A stretch of DNA of 64,000 nucleotides from Macrostomum lignano (Eukaryota): the NCBI GenBank assembly GCA_002269645.1, contig NIVC01000361.1, positions 135,388 to 199,387 on the forward strand, read 5' to 3'. Below the pieces are notes generated by a model. It did not search any database, was not told where the DNA came from, and was given only the letters and a program-made list of their open reading frames with translations. Shown in pieces: positions 1 to 20,694 of this stretch. Positions within the stretch are counted from its first letter, which is position 1, and every line of letters begins with the position of its first letter. Both the position numbers and the translations under genes were made by a program.

Positions 1-183
1 ACAAGCCCGGCTTCGTAGCACTGCCGATTGATGTCAGATTTTTGTGGCTATATTGCACACAGCTCTATGCTGCCTGAGTATTTTAATGGAGCTTAGGTCT
101 CTATAAATTCAAGGGCTTCAGACGAAATGAGGAGTTGAGTGACTGAGCGCTATAGCTGTTAAATAGTTTATCGAATATTTGTC

Positions 184-569
<386 letters not shown>

Positions 570-1569
570 AGATAGCTTTCTGTTTCAATCTTGTCCATCA
601 ATCTGAATTTTATTTGATTTAAAAGAAACCATTTAGCCGCAGAATTTCGCACCGCTAGACTGACGCTTCCTCTGTTTTTCTAGCCGCAACAGGTGGTTTG
701 CTTTTCCTGATCATCTCTCAGCTCGAATTCGGCCGATTCCGACCTGCGGTTCAATGCCTCTCTGGCCAACTTAATTTTGCTTCTTGTCTGCGTATCTTAG
801 AGCTGGGTGGTAGAATTTCACCGAAATTAATGCTAGGCAAGATTGCTCGTGTGCTCATGGTTTCAGAATTTCACAGCCTCGTGTTAGCGCCTTCTTCAAT
901 GGATGACAGGCAGGTACTTCTTGGGCTTGATTAGTAACATTATCTTGCCACTTGATGCAATCGCAGTAACAAGCGAAAGAGAATCAAATTGCAACAGAGA
1001 GATCTGAGAGCGCAGAAACCCTAAGGCGAGATAATTTGAATTTGACTCCCTGCTCACAACGCTTGTTTTTCGACTTAATCCTAATCTTCTCCCCATAGCT
1101 ACGCGGAACGATTTTTATGCTAAAAAAATCCTCAGCCGGAGATAAGGCGACCAAACTCCGCCTCTCATCTCCGGTAGGCTTCTGCATGAGCTCTGGGCTT
1201 CTCTGGCGGTGTGGGATGAAGGCAAACGAAAGGCCCACTGTCGCGTAAGTCTGTCGCCTAGTGGGCAAAGAAACGAAGAAGTGAGGATTAGGAATAGAAT
1301 CAGACCCTTAGCTGGAAGAAGAATCTACGCCCCCGATCGCTATTGGCTGATGGTTCAGCCTAGGATTGAACGAGCGGCAGGGTCTGCTGGATTTTGTTGG
1401 AAAGTGAAAATAAATTTGAATGCGATTCTATAGGACCAGGCCAGACAGGCACAGAATAGCGCCCAGATAGGAAGTTACTTGTAACATGCAAACTATCGAG
1501 TTCGAAGTCTTGTAAACAACTATCTTGGCAAATCTACTACAGTAAGCTGAAACAAAAGCAGCAATTATC

Positions 1570-3636
1570 ATGGTACGTCGCAGGACCCTTTACAGACAAG
1601 GCCACCCGTGGCAGCGTACAATGCGTCAGCACAACATCCTGTTTTTCCGGCGCATGTTCGCATTGTTCTCGAAGGCTTCACTGCACGGCGTGAATCGCGT
1701 TTGCGTCTCGGACACCTGCTGCCGGCCCAACCAGATGGTCTGGATGTGCATATTGCTGATCGCAACTCTCGGCCTGTGCGTGCACATTTATAGCGAGGCC
1801 TACGAATATCAACAGTACCCCGTGTCAAGCAGCTCGCGAATGGAGCTCAATGGTTTTGTATTCCCTTCCGTGACATTCTGCAATCCTGAGAATCCAATCA
1901 AGACTCGTGAGGTAAATTTTAGCGAAATCGGTGGAGCGAATGACAAAATTCAGGTGCTCAGCGGAGTCTGGTACGACCCGAAGGTGCGACCGCTGTACCG
2001 GTATGAGCACTACATGAACTTCTCCAGAATCGGTTCATTTCCACAGGACAGCATCATTTACTGTCGGTACAACAGGCGCACATGCTGGGCAGAAAACTTC
2101 ACCATCACATTTGACAGGGCGTACGGCAACTGCTTCACTTTCCAGCCAAACGAGCGCCATATTCGCCGTCCAGACATGGAATTTGGTCTCATTTTAATCC
2201 TCTACAACCCGGCCGCCGACATGGAGCTGGAGAAGGCGGGGAGAGTCGGCAAGATGGGCTACAAGATGCGGCCTCAGGAAATGGCATTTGACACAGAGAG
2301 CTTTCTAGTAAACTTCCATGCCAGCGGCACGATTCCGCACCCATTGGAAAACTCCTACGCAGCTTCCATGGGCATGGTGACTACGCTGGCCCTGGAGCAG
2401 ATGAACACGTCGCTAGTAAGCACGCCCAACAGTCCATGCCAGAAGAGGCACCAAGTCCCCATGTATGATTCGCTGCTTCGCAGGGTTACCAATTACACCG
2501 ATACTCTCTACGATTGTGCACGATGGCGCGACACTCTTAATATGCATCAGGCCTGCGGCTGTGTACCGGAGGGCCTTGTGCGACTCACCGACTTTCCAAA
2601 CAAAAGCGCCATACCTTACTGCCACCTCGTTGTCAGGTCCGACGAAGTTGGTAACAAGACCGAGTTTATTAATTTCGTCAAGCCGAAACTGCTAGTCGAC
2701 CAGCACAACGTCTCGTTGGAGGATATGCAAGCACTTTATCCTAAAGTCTATAATCGGTACCAATCTTTTGTTTGCTATCACAACACAGACTTACACCCGG
2801 ACCTAACCTGTCAGGACATGTGCCAGACTGAGTCCTACTCAGCCATCCTGTCGTCTGGCCGATGGCCGCATCCGTCTGACACAGACAGCGATGACTACAT
2901 CAAGCAGGCCATCGAGATCTCCATACTGTTGCAGGACTACTTGAATGATCACGGCAACGAAAGCCTGCTAGCAAAGAGTCTGACACTGCGCAACCTGAGC
3001 CTGGCCTCCTGTCACACGGAGCTGACTCATGTAGATATCGACACTCCCAATCGGCGCTCCACCCCAAAAATTCAAGCTGCGCTGAAAAATTGCCGCAAAG
3101 TGCACGCATTTGTCAGCAAGCACTTTCTTCTAATAAAGGTCTACCCACAGACGCTGACGGTGAAGTTCCTGACGGTAGAGCGCAGCTTCATGATGCCGCA
3201 GCTGCTCTCCCGCATTGGTGGATCTCTCGGTCTATGGATTGGCACCTCTCTGATTACGTTTTTCGAATGCTTAGAGATCATTCTTACGCTAGTAAATTAC
3301 TTAGTGGCCAAGATTCTCCACGTGGCGCTCTACCATCGGGACAAAAACCAGCCCAGATGTGCCGGCAGCTGCCCGTACGCTGGCCGTCAAGCTCAGCTGC
3401 GAAACGGCAGATCAGCAATCGGAGCAGAAGCAGAAACAGAAGCAGCAGATGAAGCCACTGATTCGGCCTCCTTCGCTAACGCTACGGCATCGGGTTCGTC
3501 TGGTACCGCAGGCATCGAGGCTACTGCCGGGTCATATCGCCGAGTTAAGGAAGACGATGGCTCGGCTCAGGACTCGGACAGCGACTGCGTGACGGAAGCT
3601 TTCCTAGACAATCTCTACCGAGAGTCGCACGTCTGA
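1570..3636 (+). CDS. DEG/ENaC (amiloride-sensitive channel superfamily) subunit, intronless, 688 aa (start may be the second Met at 1621)
   Basis: Family motifs in order: SLHG (HG motif), TM1 WMCILLIATLGLCVHIY, FPSVTFCN, YGNCFTF, Cys-rich thumb (CGC..YC..C..C), and TM2 LLSRIGGSLGLWIGTSLITFFE. Confidence 0.95.
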   Translation: MVRRRTLYRQGHPWQRTMRQHNILFFRRMFALFSKASLHGVNRVCVSDTCCRPNQMVWMCILLIATLGLCVHIYSEAYEYQQYPVSSSSRMELNGFVFPSVTFCNPENPIKTREVNFSEIGGANDKIQVLSGVWYDPKVRPLYRYEHYMNFSRIGSFPQDSIIYCRYNRRTCWAENFTITFDRAYGNCFTFQPNERHIRRPDMEFGLILILYNPAADMELEKAGRVGKMGYKMRPQEMAFDTESFLVNFHASGTIPHPLENSYAASMGMVTTLALEQMNTSLVSTPNSPCQKRHQVPMYDSLLRRVTNYTDTLYDCARWRDTLNMHQACGCVPEGLVRLTDFPNKSAIPYCHLVVRSDEVGNKTEFINFVKPKLLVDQHNVSLEDMQALYPKVYNRYQSFVCYHNTDLHPDLTCQDMCQTESYSAILSSGRWPHPSDTDSDDYIKQAIEISILLQDYLNDHGNESLLAKSLTLRNLSLASCHTELTHVDIDTPNRRSTPKIQAALKNCRKVHAFVSKHFLLIKVYPQTLTVKFLTVERSFMMPQLLSRIGGSLGLWIGTSLITFFECLEIILTLVNYLVAKILHVALYHRDKNQPRCAGSCPYAGRQAQLRNGRSAIGAEAETEAADEATDSASFANATASGSSGTAGIEATAGSYRRVKEDDGSAQDSDSDCVTEAFLDNLYRESHV

Positions 3637-4332
3637 TTACTGGATTATGAACAGTTCAAATACTACTCCGCTTCCCAGTTTTTATGTGTCGTCTACTTTC
3701 GACTTCTGCAGAAAGAAGTGCAGTTTGGTATTCGGTAATCTTACTCTTACTGGTCAAAGGGTGATGCTTGCATATTGTAAATTTTAACTAATTTTATCAG
3801 ATACGAGTATTTCTGTACAGGCAGACATCGCGCCTTTTCGACCCAAACCGTAGCCGCGTATCAGCTGCTTCTGCTGCCCGACCCCATTGTTCAAAGATAA
3901 ATTGCCAGGCCTCTATTACGCTTGTGAAATCGAGAAGTGCATGGACACCCCATAACCTGCGCAGTTTCACGAAGGTTGTGCCTAATGGGGCATCGTAAAA
4001 TTTATTATTTTTTGCAGAGGAGATAATGTTATTTATTCATTTTACTTGCTTATGGCTATTCCCCGTGCGTTAAAAGTACCTCAAAGCTTCACCGGAGATA
4101 GACTACGAGTATGCTTATTGGATTTTGCTTGTCACAATGGAAAATTGACAAAAAAACATTAGCCTATTAACATTGCATGTAAATCTGGTTTTTATAATAA
4201 TTTTCCTACATCTAACCAAACGCTGAAATGGTTGGCACCAGAAATGGACTAAAAGAGTAATTCTTATTAGGAAAAGGAATTAAACCTGGTGACAGGTGAC
4301 AGAAGAGAGCTGAGAAGAAACACAAACCTTGA

Positions 4333-4432
4333 GCGGGCCGGATTGCTATTGTGAATTTCAAAGGACCCGAAGGCCGGTTAGAGAGGCTTTGCGGGCCGCA
4401 TGTGGCCCACAGGCCGGAGTTGGCCGACCCCA
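4333..4432. mobile_element. Possible single terminus of a hAT-type non-autonomous element
   Basis: GCGGGCCGGAT..GCGGGCCGCATGTGGCCC..GAGTTGGCCGACCCC resembles hAT/Charlie-type termini. No partner end or TSD was found. Confidence 0.35.
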
Positions 4433-5760
4433 GCCGTAGAGGCACAGAGATGGCCAGACAGATACGCAATATTTTAGTCTGCTATTTTGTTCCGTCCGTC
4501 AAAACTCCGATGCAACTACGAGAATCCCGCGGGGAGCCAGTAAAGACGGCAAGTACCTTCCTACAGCGTTCCGGTGTCAGCCATCTAGCCCCCCCGTCAA
4601 GGTAGAACCGGAGCGCAACTCAATGTGAAGGAAATTCCTCATAATGCCTCAGACCCTCATCCGTCACTAAAACCCGAGGATCTGCTGCCGAGGGAACATC
4701 GCGCGTAGAACTTTCCGAAGGAAATGGGACATCGGGGACTGAAAAATAGCGATAATGTCTTGCTTGCGTGTCAGAAATCCCTGCCTCATGTCCGGCATCT
4801 CAGCTGAGCGATTTCTCATTGCCTCACGTGTAGAACTCTGCCTGGGCCAACTCAACCGTGCCCCGTGAGTAAATCTGACTGTGCTCAGCTGGCTTGCATT
4901 GCCGACATTGGAGACAGACACACTGAGGACCTGGAAATTTGATGCGTTCCTTTTTAACCAGAGGCGCTCAACGGCTGCTTCGACTTAATCAGACTCTTCG
5001 GGGGCAGGGGGAGGGGCGCAGGCGGCTGTACACGCTTCGCAGCCTTCTACTCGGCTTCTGGAGCAGCCCGCTCCGCCGCCTCATCGGGTTTTCAGCTGTC
5101 TTTGCTGCGTCTTTTGGAGAGGAAAAGACTTATAAGAAGAAAAGAATCTTGCAAGAGAGGGATGATCAAGTACACGCTCGTAGAAGGGGAGGCAATTCAG
5201 GGAGGCGAGTTGCGCGAAATTGCAGGAGCCGCACTTCTTCTCCAGCCGGCTGGCAGTCCGCAGATTAAACGGGAATTAGAGAAATAGAAAAGAAAATATG
5301 AAAGACAAATTGGTCGCGCTGCTCGCGGGGGCAGATTTATGAGAACTTCGACTGTACGGTGCAAAACCTTTCTGAATTCCTGGCTCAAGCCTGTCCAGCT
5401 GATAAATCTTGCTTGCTACGCCACTTCACTCGCTTAAGAGGGGGTATTGAAACAGTTTTAGATTGGGATTTTATGATTGAGAAAGGGTGGGATCAGTTCA
5501 GCAGTGAGTTTGTTTTGTGTTAGCCTGCTCAGCTCAGGTCACCGGTAGGCTGAGCAGGCTGTCCAGACCCTAGAGAGGGCGAGACAAATTTAATATTTAT
5601 CATATTGAGGCGCTGTGGAAGAAAAAATAAAATTTATCAATTAATTGCACCCAGACTGGGCCCAGGAGGGGACTGCGGCAAACTGTGCGTCCTCTCGTAT
5701 AGAAGCCAGTGCAGTAAGTCTATAGAGCGCACTTACTACTAATGAGATTCTGGGTACGTA

Positions 5761-6002
5761 CGGGTCCATGAGAAATGCCCGCAGACGAATTGCCCGCCGA
5801 GATTTGCCCGCGAGTGAATTGGCAAACCTCGGCGGGAAGAAACTCCGCGGGCAATCCACTCGCGGGAAAATTGCACTGCGGGAAAATCTCGGCGGGAAAA
5901 GCTCGGCGGGCAAATCTCCACGGGCAAATTGCACTGCGGGCAAAATGCACTGCGGGCAATTCTCGGCGGGCAATTCGTCTGCGGGCATTTCTCGTGCTCC
6001 CG
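5761..6002. mobile_element. MITE-like element with terminal inverted repeats and internal GCGGGCAA(A/T)T repeats
   Basis: 5770-5802 GAGAAATGCCCGCAGACGAATTGCCCGCCGAGA is the exact reverse complement of 5961-5993. The match extends imperfectly to CGGG...CCCG. No coding capacity. Confidence 0.75.
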
Positions 6003-8114
6003 ATACTCCTGACTATACTCCTGAATGATCAATATATGTCGCTCGTAGAACCATTTACAATAAACCAACGAAGAAACCTTGTGCGATGCTTGTGCAAGAA
6101 AACTACCAGATGCCTTGTTCGCCTTGGGTTCGACATAAAAGCAAAACTTTAACATATTATGGAGCGCCTATCGAACCAAACTCATACGTTCATGTAAGCT
6201 ACGAGCGTAACTTATTTAAATGTACGACTTCTCGGTTCCACGAAGTTTTCTTGCACTTTGAATCTTATCGAAGCTCTGACAGCAGGCAAGCAGACTTCTA
6301 ATCTGCACATCTGTACATCTGCGTATCAGCGGCAGTCGCTCGGCAGACGAAGGCAGGACAGAGCAGCAGCGAAATGACTGACGCCAGATGCGGCGTAAAC
6401 ATGTCAGTCAACTGTAGCCGCCATCGCTCACTCTTCAGACTCTGTCAAAAGCATTAGACAGACAGGCAAAAAAGCTTTTTCCTGATGATGTCAATACACT
6501 TTCACTGGTGCTGAATGTAAACCGAAGAAATTTAGAGGACCTGTTTAAAGTGCAAAAAATTCGCCGTGCAGTCTAACGGCGATTTAGCCTGAGAGACAAT
6601 TCGGCCCTAACAGAAGGACTGGGAAGGCAATCAGAAGCTTAACAAAACAGGTAGGCCCAGTTTTCATCTTTCATCTATCGCCCAGAAGTAGCAAGCTGCA
6701 GTGCAGCACAGCCCGGCAAAATCTTATTAGCTCCGAGCCTCTTCAAAAACGTGTGCACTTCGAGCGATAAGCTCAAAATAATGACCCACCTCACCTGAAA
6801 CGGACAAAGAGGCGTACGAGCAATAGGACTCAATGCCCGAGCGCCTTAGTAACCAAAAATGCACTTTTAGGCTGGAGTGGCCGATAGCCTTCAGCACTTA
6901 TCTATCCCAGTTTTATCACAGAAAATAATACTCAAAAACACGTGACTACGAGCGTCGTAAGCAAATTGTAAGCAACGGCAAAACTCAATTATTGTTGCTG
7001 GGGCTGGTCCCGATTAGCAAGACCCGACAGTCCTGGCTTGTACTCGGAGGCAGGCACATCATTGTAACTTCTTCTTTCCGTCTCCTTCCATTCGTCACCT
7101 GCCGCTGTGCGTCCGAATATTTTATCGAGTTTTCGATCTTCCCCTATTTTTTTATTGTCAGGCCTTATTGTCCGAGCTTTTTTTCTGCTATTATCGTGAA
7201 GAAAACTTTTGTTGATTTACGAGATGCACTGTCAAACCCGTGAGGCGATTTCAGGGGCTTTGAGCGACAAGAATTTCGCGCATGTCCTCCCGTGTTTGCT
7301 CCCTTCCACTTCCGCTGCAGATGCTCCCTATAGAGCCGGAGCTCCTCTCCCCTATCTCTCTCACCTTGCAGCTCTTTTTCGTTCTCCATTTCTCGCTTTA
7401 TTTTGAACTCATTGCGTTTTTTATGGAACTTTAAGGCGCAGCTGCAGAGCTTCAGACGATGCAGAATTAGCCTCAGGCTCTGGACAAAGTGGAATGCGAG
7501 CTAGTGTCACACTAGGCTGTTTGAGAGTGGAAACCAGGCTGATTTAGACTTTGGTCTCCCTCTGAAGATCTTAGAGTTTATAACGAACTCTTGCGAGGGC
7601 GCCCATCGCCCTAAGATTAAGGGATTGCCGACTAGGCAGATATAATGCAGTTAGCGGCCACTTCCCCTCGCTTCTTCCTCATTCTATATCGCTTCTCTTC
7701 CGTCTCAAAGCAGACATTTTGTTGTTCCTAGTTTACGTCGAGTTGTGTTTTTACTCCGTGTTTACATCGAAACGTCAGAGGGCGAATTTTCTGCAGGGAT
7801 TCTGCCATGCACTGCGTTACTACTTTGGTGTACTTTAAAGTAAAGAAAACCTTGGACAGCCATTTTCGGATACAGGCAATCTGTGCATCGATTGAGCGGC
7901 GCTAAGCGACTGAAAATTTCTAATCTAAAGAGGAGTCCCGTCGAAAATCGATGCATAAATCTGCCTCAGGAGTGGCACTTCTTCAGCTGTCATTCTCCTT
8001 GACCCAGACAGTAATTCAAGAAGTCTCTTCGACCCGGGGCTGTAGGGACTTCATGAATATTTTACTGGCAAGCTGGAAAAGTTAGGGGGCTGAGAAAGTC
8101 GGGTTCGAATCTAA

Positions 8115-8436
8115 TAGCGAAGGTACTCTGATGAGCTCGCTTGAGGTGATGTGGTGGTTTGATCTAGCGAAGGTACTCTGATGAGCTCGCTTGAGGTGAT
8201 GTGGTGGTTTGATCTAGCGAAGGTACTCTGATGAGCTCGCTTGAGGTGATGTGGTGGTTTGATCTAGCGAAGGTACTCTGATGAGCTCGCTTGAGGTGAT
8301 GTGGTGGTTTGATCTAGTGAAGGTACTCTGATGAGCTCGCTTGAGGTGATGTGGTGGTTGGATCTAGCGAAGGTACTCTGATGAGCTCGCTTGAGGTGAT
8401 GTGGTGGTTTGATCTAGCAAAGGTACTCTGATGAGC
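8115..8436. repeat. 50-bp tandem repeat, ~6.5 copies
   Basis: Unit GATCTAGCGAAGGTACTCTGATGAGCTCGCTTGAGGTGATGTGGTGGTTT starts at 8161, 8211, 8261, 8311, 8361 and 8411 (partial), with a variant copy at 8111. No spacers. Confidence 0.95.
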
Positions 8437-9015
8437 AAATTGAGTCTATTTTATTTAAAGAACTCGTTGGTTGAGCAGAGCGTGCTAAATTCTAAAGAAA
8501 TGCCGTCGGAAGTTGCAGACTATTTAATCTGCTATACTCCAACGCTGCCAGCAAAGTCATCGATAAAAATTTCTTTCGCGATAAAGCAACCATTTTATCG
8601 CAAAGCGCAAGCGACTAATTAGTAAAAACTTCACGTCTCACAAAATAATTGCTCAAGTTTTTAATATGAATAAACGCTTTTATGCCCACAAAGCCTTAAT
8701 GAGCTCGCCAACAGATGAAGTACTGGGAGGAGTCACTGAGCCATGAGGGCCCTCGACCATCTCCTGAGGGAAGCCTGAGGCGTGCCCAGTTTTAATTTAT
8801 ATAATGTCACTCTCGAGTGGCTTGACGCATAAAAATTAACTTGAAAGTCTGATTTCGATCTCTTTTTATCGATTTCTTGGCTTCGCTAAGTTCAGAGTAA
8901 AATGAAAACTAAGATAAAGTTTGATTGGCTTGAATAGTGCATTATAGTATCGTCTGGTGTTGCCAAGTAGGACAGGGATCTTAAATTCGGAGTCCTCGTT
9001 GCTTTAACAACATTA

Positions 9016-9500
9016 GGCTGCTACTCCACTCCCAATAGGCTCTTCGGTGGGCTGCTACTCCACTCTCGCAATACGCTCTTCAGTGGGCTGCTACTCCACT
9101 CTCGCAATACGCTCTTCAGTGGGCTGCTACTCCACTCCCAATACGCTCTTCAGTGGGCTGCTACTCCACTCCCACTAGTCTCTTCAGTGCGCTGCTACTC
9201 CACTCCCACCAGGTTCTTCAGTGGGCTGCTACTCCACTCCCACTAGGCTCTTCAGTGCGCTGCTACTCCACTCCCACCAGGTTCTTCAGTGGGTGCTACT
9301 CCACTCCCACTAGGCTCTTCAGTGCGCTGCTACTCCACTCCCACCAGGTTCTTCAGTGGGCTGCTACTCCACTCCCACTAGGCTCTTCGGTGGGCTGCTA
9401 CTCCAATCCCAATAGGCTCTTCGGTGGGCTGCTACTCCACTCCCAATACGCTATTCAGTGGGCTGCTACTCCACTCCCACTAGGCTATTCAAAGGGCTGC
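9016..9500. repeat. 34-bp minisatellite, ~14 copies
   Basis: Unit GGGCTGCTACTCCACTCCCACTAGGCTCTTCAGT with point variants. Confidence 0.93.
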
Positions 9501-9580
9501 CACCCGCCGTTGAAGTTGCTTCACATTCTACACTAGAAGATGCGCTTACAGCGTTACTTTTAGTAAGATATTTCTCTAAT

Positions 9581-9621
9581 CGATCACATACCTAGATAGA
9601 TATCGACAGACCATTTTTAGT
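9581..9621. repeat. Short dispersed repeat with an inverted copy at 22372-22420
   Basis: CGATCACATACCTAGATAGATATCGACAGACCATTTTTAGT matches the reverse complement of 22372-22420 with two small indels. Confidence 0.6.
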
Positions 9622-10205
9622 TTTTGCACTTGAATAGCCAAATATTTTTACCCAGTGTAAGATCGATAGGACGAGAATAAAATGGCTCTCTAGGTGGAAA
9701 TACTTTGACTGTGTTTACAAAACGGACTCCAGTCTGCTGCAGTTATAAGCGCCAGTCTTTGCTTTGGTTGCTATGGGCAACCCTGAACGCGGGAGGAAGT
9801 GCAATTTCCGAGAGGGCCACCTATTCTGCGGCAGGCAGCTGTGTGTGCTCAGCTAGGGTGGGGCGGCCAGAGCACAGAAATTAATTTCTCCCCTTTGGGA
9901 ACTGATGAGTGAGCTGTGCAGAATGGCTTTGAGTACACAATAGGGCAAGGCGAGTCTCTGCCTGGAATTAGGTCTCGTGAGCCACTGGCTGGGGATCGCT
10001 GTTGCCAGGGGCAGCAGCCAGGTGGAGAAAAACTAGTCATTGGTTGCATTGCAGAGGTGGGGGTGGAAGAAATGAGTTAAAAAACTCCATACGTCGACTT
10101 TGATGGCCTCTTAAAATCTTGGCGCCGTCGTTGAACTCCCAGTAATTACTACATAGAACGCGGCACTGGGATTTTCCCAACCTAGTCCTGAAGACAGGCA
10201 CAGTT

Positions 10206-14639
<4,434 letters not shown>

Positions 14640-14734
14640 GGAGCTCCGACTGTGATAGATGATAAGAGTCAAACTTGAGATCTCAACTTGAATTGTAGTT
14701 GTGGCATCACAGGTGTGGGTTCTCGGGCTGCAGG

Positions 14735-15325
14735 GATCTCAGATTGGAGTATCAGGATTGGGGTATCAGGATTGGGATCTTAGGATTGGGATATCAGGAT
14801 TGGGATATCAGGATTGAGGTATCAGGATTGGGGTATCAGGATTGGGGTATCAGGATTGGGGTATCAGGATTGGGGTATCAGGATTGGGATCTTAGGATTG
14901 GGGTATCAGGATTGGGATCTTAGGATTGGGATATCAGGATTGAGGTATCAGGATTGGGATATCAAGATTGAGGTATCAGGATTGGGGTATCAGGATTGGG
15001 GTATCAGGATTGGGGTATCAGGATTGGGGTATCAGGATTGGGGTATCAGGATTGGGATCTTAGGATTGGGATATCAGGATTGGGATATCAGGATTGAGGT
15101 ATCAGGATTGGGGTATCAGGATTGGGGTATCAGGATTGGGGTATCAGGATTGGGGTATCAGGATTGGGGTATCAGGATTGGGATCTTAGGATTGGGGTAT
15201 CAGGATTGGGATCTTAGGATTGGGATATCAGGATTGAGGTATCAGGATTGAGGTATCAGGATTGGGGTATCAGGATTGGGATTCAGGATTGGGATTCAGG
15301 ATTTGGATATCAGGATTGGGATCTA
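14735..15325. repeat. 14-bp minisatellite
   Basis: Unit CAGGATTGGGGTAT with recurring variants (TAGGATTGGGATAT, CAGGATTGAGGTAT). Confidence 0.95.
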
Positions 15326-15969
15326 ATGGGATTTAACATTACATTAACAACCTGAGATGAAAAATAGCCTTTGATCACTAATTACGTGGGAGTTTCTCCC
15401 TGAAAAGCAACATTGGTATCCCAACATGAGATCCTCACTCAAAGCTACACCCAAGAAGCTTTAATCTTGAGTACACTGAAGTTTTGCAACAGTTTTAATT
15501 TATTATTTTTACATTCGGCACGCAATGCAACTGATAATTAAAAAGTTTAGAAGCTATTATAATATCGTAATGTAGTTCGTACTTTCTGCCTAGACACATC
15601 AAGTTGCAGCATTCGCAGAACCAATGCCGGAATAGCAATTCGTATTTGGTAAACTTAGCACCGTAAAATTAAGTTGAAATTTTATCGAGAAAATAATAAT
15701 GCTTCTTCGTAACATTCGACTTAATAAACATTACACTCGCAGTAAGTTTAAGCGAAACATTCCAATTAAGACGTCACAACACTTACGACAGTTTTAGTAA
15801 AGTTAAGGACTTAACTTTACTTAGCTGGGAGGCGTTGTCGTCCATTCCGCTAACCCCTGGCGACTACGGGCAGCTGGTGCTGTGGTGTCGTGCAGGGAGA
15901 TCCGGTGGTGCCGGTGTCCGCAGCGCGGTCCCCCTCCGAAGACTCCAGAAAGTGGATGGTCGCTCGCCC

Positions 15970-16140
15970 GGTAGCCCTCAGGTAGCGGACTACCTGAGGG
16001 CTTCACAGTGAGAGATTCACGGGCCCGAAAACGTCCGATAGGTCCTGTCCTGAGTAAAGGCGCGGCATTCACAGATGAAGTTCTCCGCATTCTCAACACC
16101 GGAGAGGCAGAATCTCCCTGGAGGTGACGATGCCTGGCAA
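15970..16140 (-). mobile_element. Degenerate 3' end of a non-LTR retrotransposon ORF
   Basis: The minus strand reads GRFCLSGVENAENFICECRAF, like the C-terminal CRFC..EETxEHxLCEC zinc-knuckle motif of LINE ORF2 with a decayed Cys and His. Confidence 0.4.
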
Positions 16141-16605
16141 GCAGGGCTCTGGACAGTTCGGTTAATCAGCAAAATAATTTTGATTAAAGAATCAAGGACA
16201 CAAAATCTGGAAACATTTCACCGCATTTCCAAATTAAGAATTTGCTAGCACCTTGATTGACAGGTAAATGCTACTACCTTAGGTAGTATTTGCTGGTTGA
16301 ACATTATTAAACCAAGCGAAACATTTTCTTGCAACTACAGTACACTTTTGAAATGTACGCCCCTGCCCAGTAGGAATGTACATTGTGCAGTGCAAGGCTG
16401 TGCACAGTTACCAGTTGAATCCAGATCCGACAGCGTACAGCCGTTGCTTGAAAAACGCGTGAACGGGTTGTGCAGGGAGGGCGAGAAACAGACAGCTCTG
16501 TCAGTAAAAGAGATTTGTAAGCTAAATTGCATCAATCTATAAATATTGAAAAGTTTGAGTTTCTCCCGAAAACAAGCCAAAGCAAGCGGAAGCGACCTGA
16601 TATTA

Positions 16606-20080
<3,475 letters not shown>

Positions 20081-20694
20081 TTGGCCCGTAGCTTACCAAA
20101 AACTTCAATTGGTGCGGATTCATTTCAATATTGCAACACTGTACTTTTGATTGCTCGTGTACCTGTGTAAGTCCCCAATTGTGCAACAATCAAGTTTACC
20201 TTTGATTTTCACTGTAGCTATGTAAGCAGTATTGTTCTATGCTGTTTCGAGATAATGCATTTATTTTTAATTACAATATCTGCCTTTCCTTAATTCGAAG
20301 TTGGAAGTTGTAGTAAGATCTGCTCATGTAATTGTAGTTTAGATATTTGAATATTTTTTAAACGCTATACAACACCCTGAACTCATTCTTAATTAACAAC
20401 TCATGCCTTAACGATGACTATAATGAAAGTTCAATTTCAAATCTAAATGGTCCATAGAATCCAAGTCGATATATTCGTTGCTCGAAGCCTCAAGAGTGCC
20501 AAACGCAAATCATTAAAACGCTATAGTCTATGGCTCAACTGCAACCGCAGCTTGAACTGTCACGGCAAAGCGCAGCGGTTCGAATTGCGCGAGCAAGAGC
20601 GGCTCTGAACAATTTGTTAAACAACTAAGCGAGCGTGGCCGTCGCGGGCGGATCATCGTCATCAACCAAGTGTTGTAGTCTCAGACAGAAAAGA

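Noticed and set aside
6320-6405. Minus-strand signal-peptide-like reading MFTPHLASVISLLLCPAFVCRATA
   Set aside because: The reading is short, has no convincing donor, and I could not join it to downstream exons.
8115-8436. Hammerhead ribozyme in the 50-bp repeat (CTGATGA-GCT...AGC-GAA)
   Set aside because: The core reads GAAG rather than GAAA, only 6 nt separate GAA from the next CTGATGA, and no complementary strand with a UH cleavage site exists to form stems I and III, even across adjacent units.
8115-9500. CRISPR-like arrays (50-bp and 34-bp repeats)
   Set aside because: The units are head-to-tail with no unique spacers, there are no cas genes, and the context is eukaryotic.
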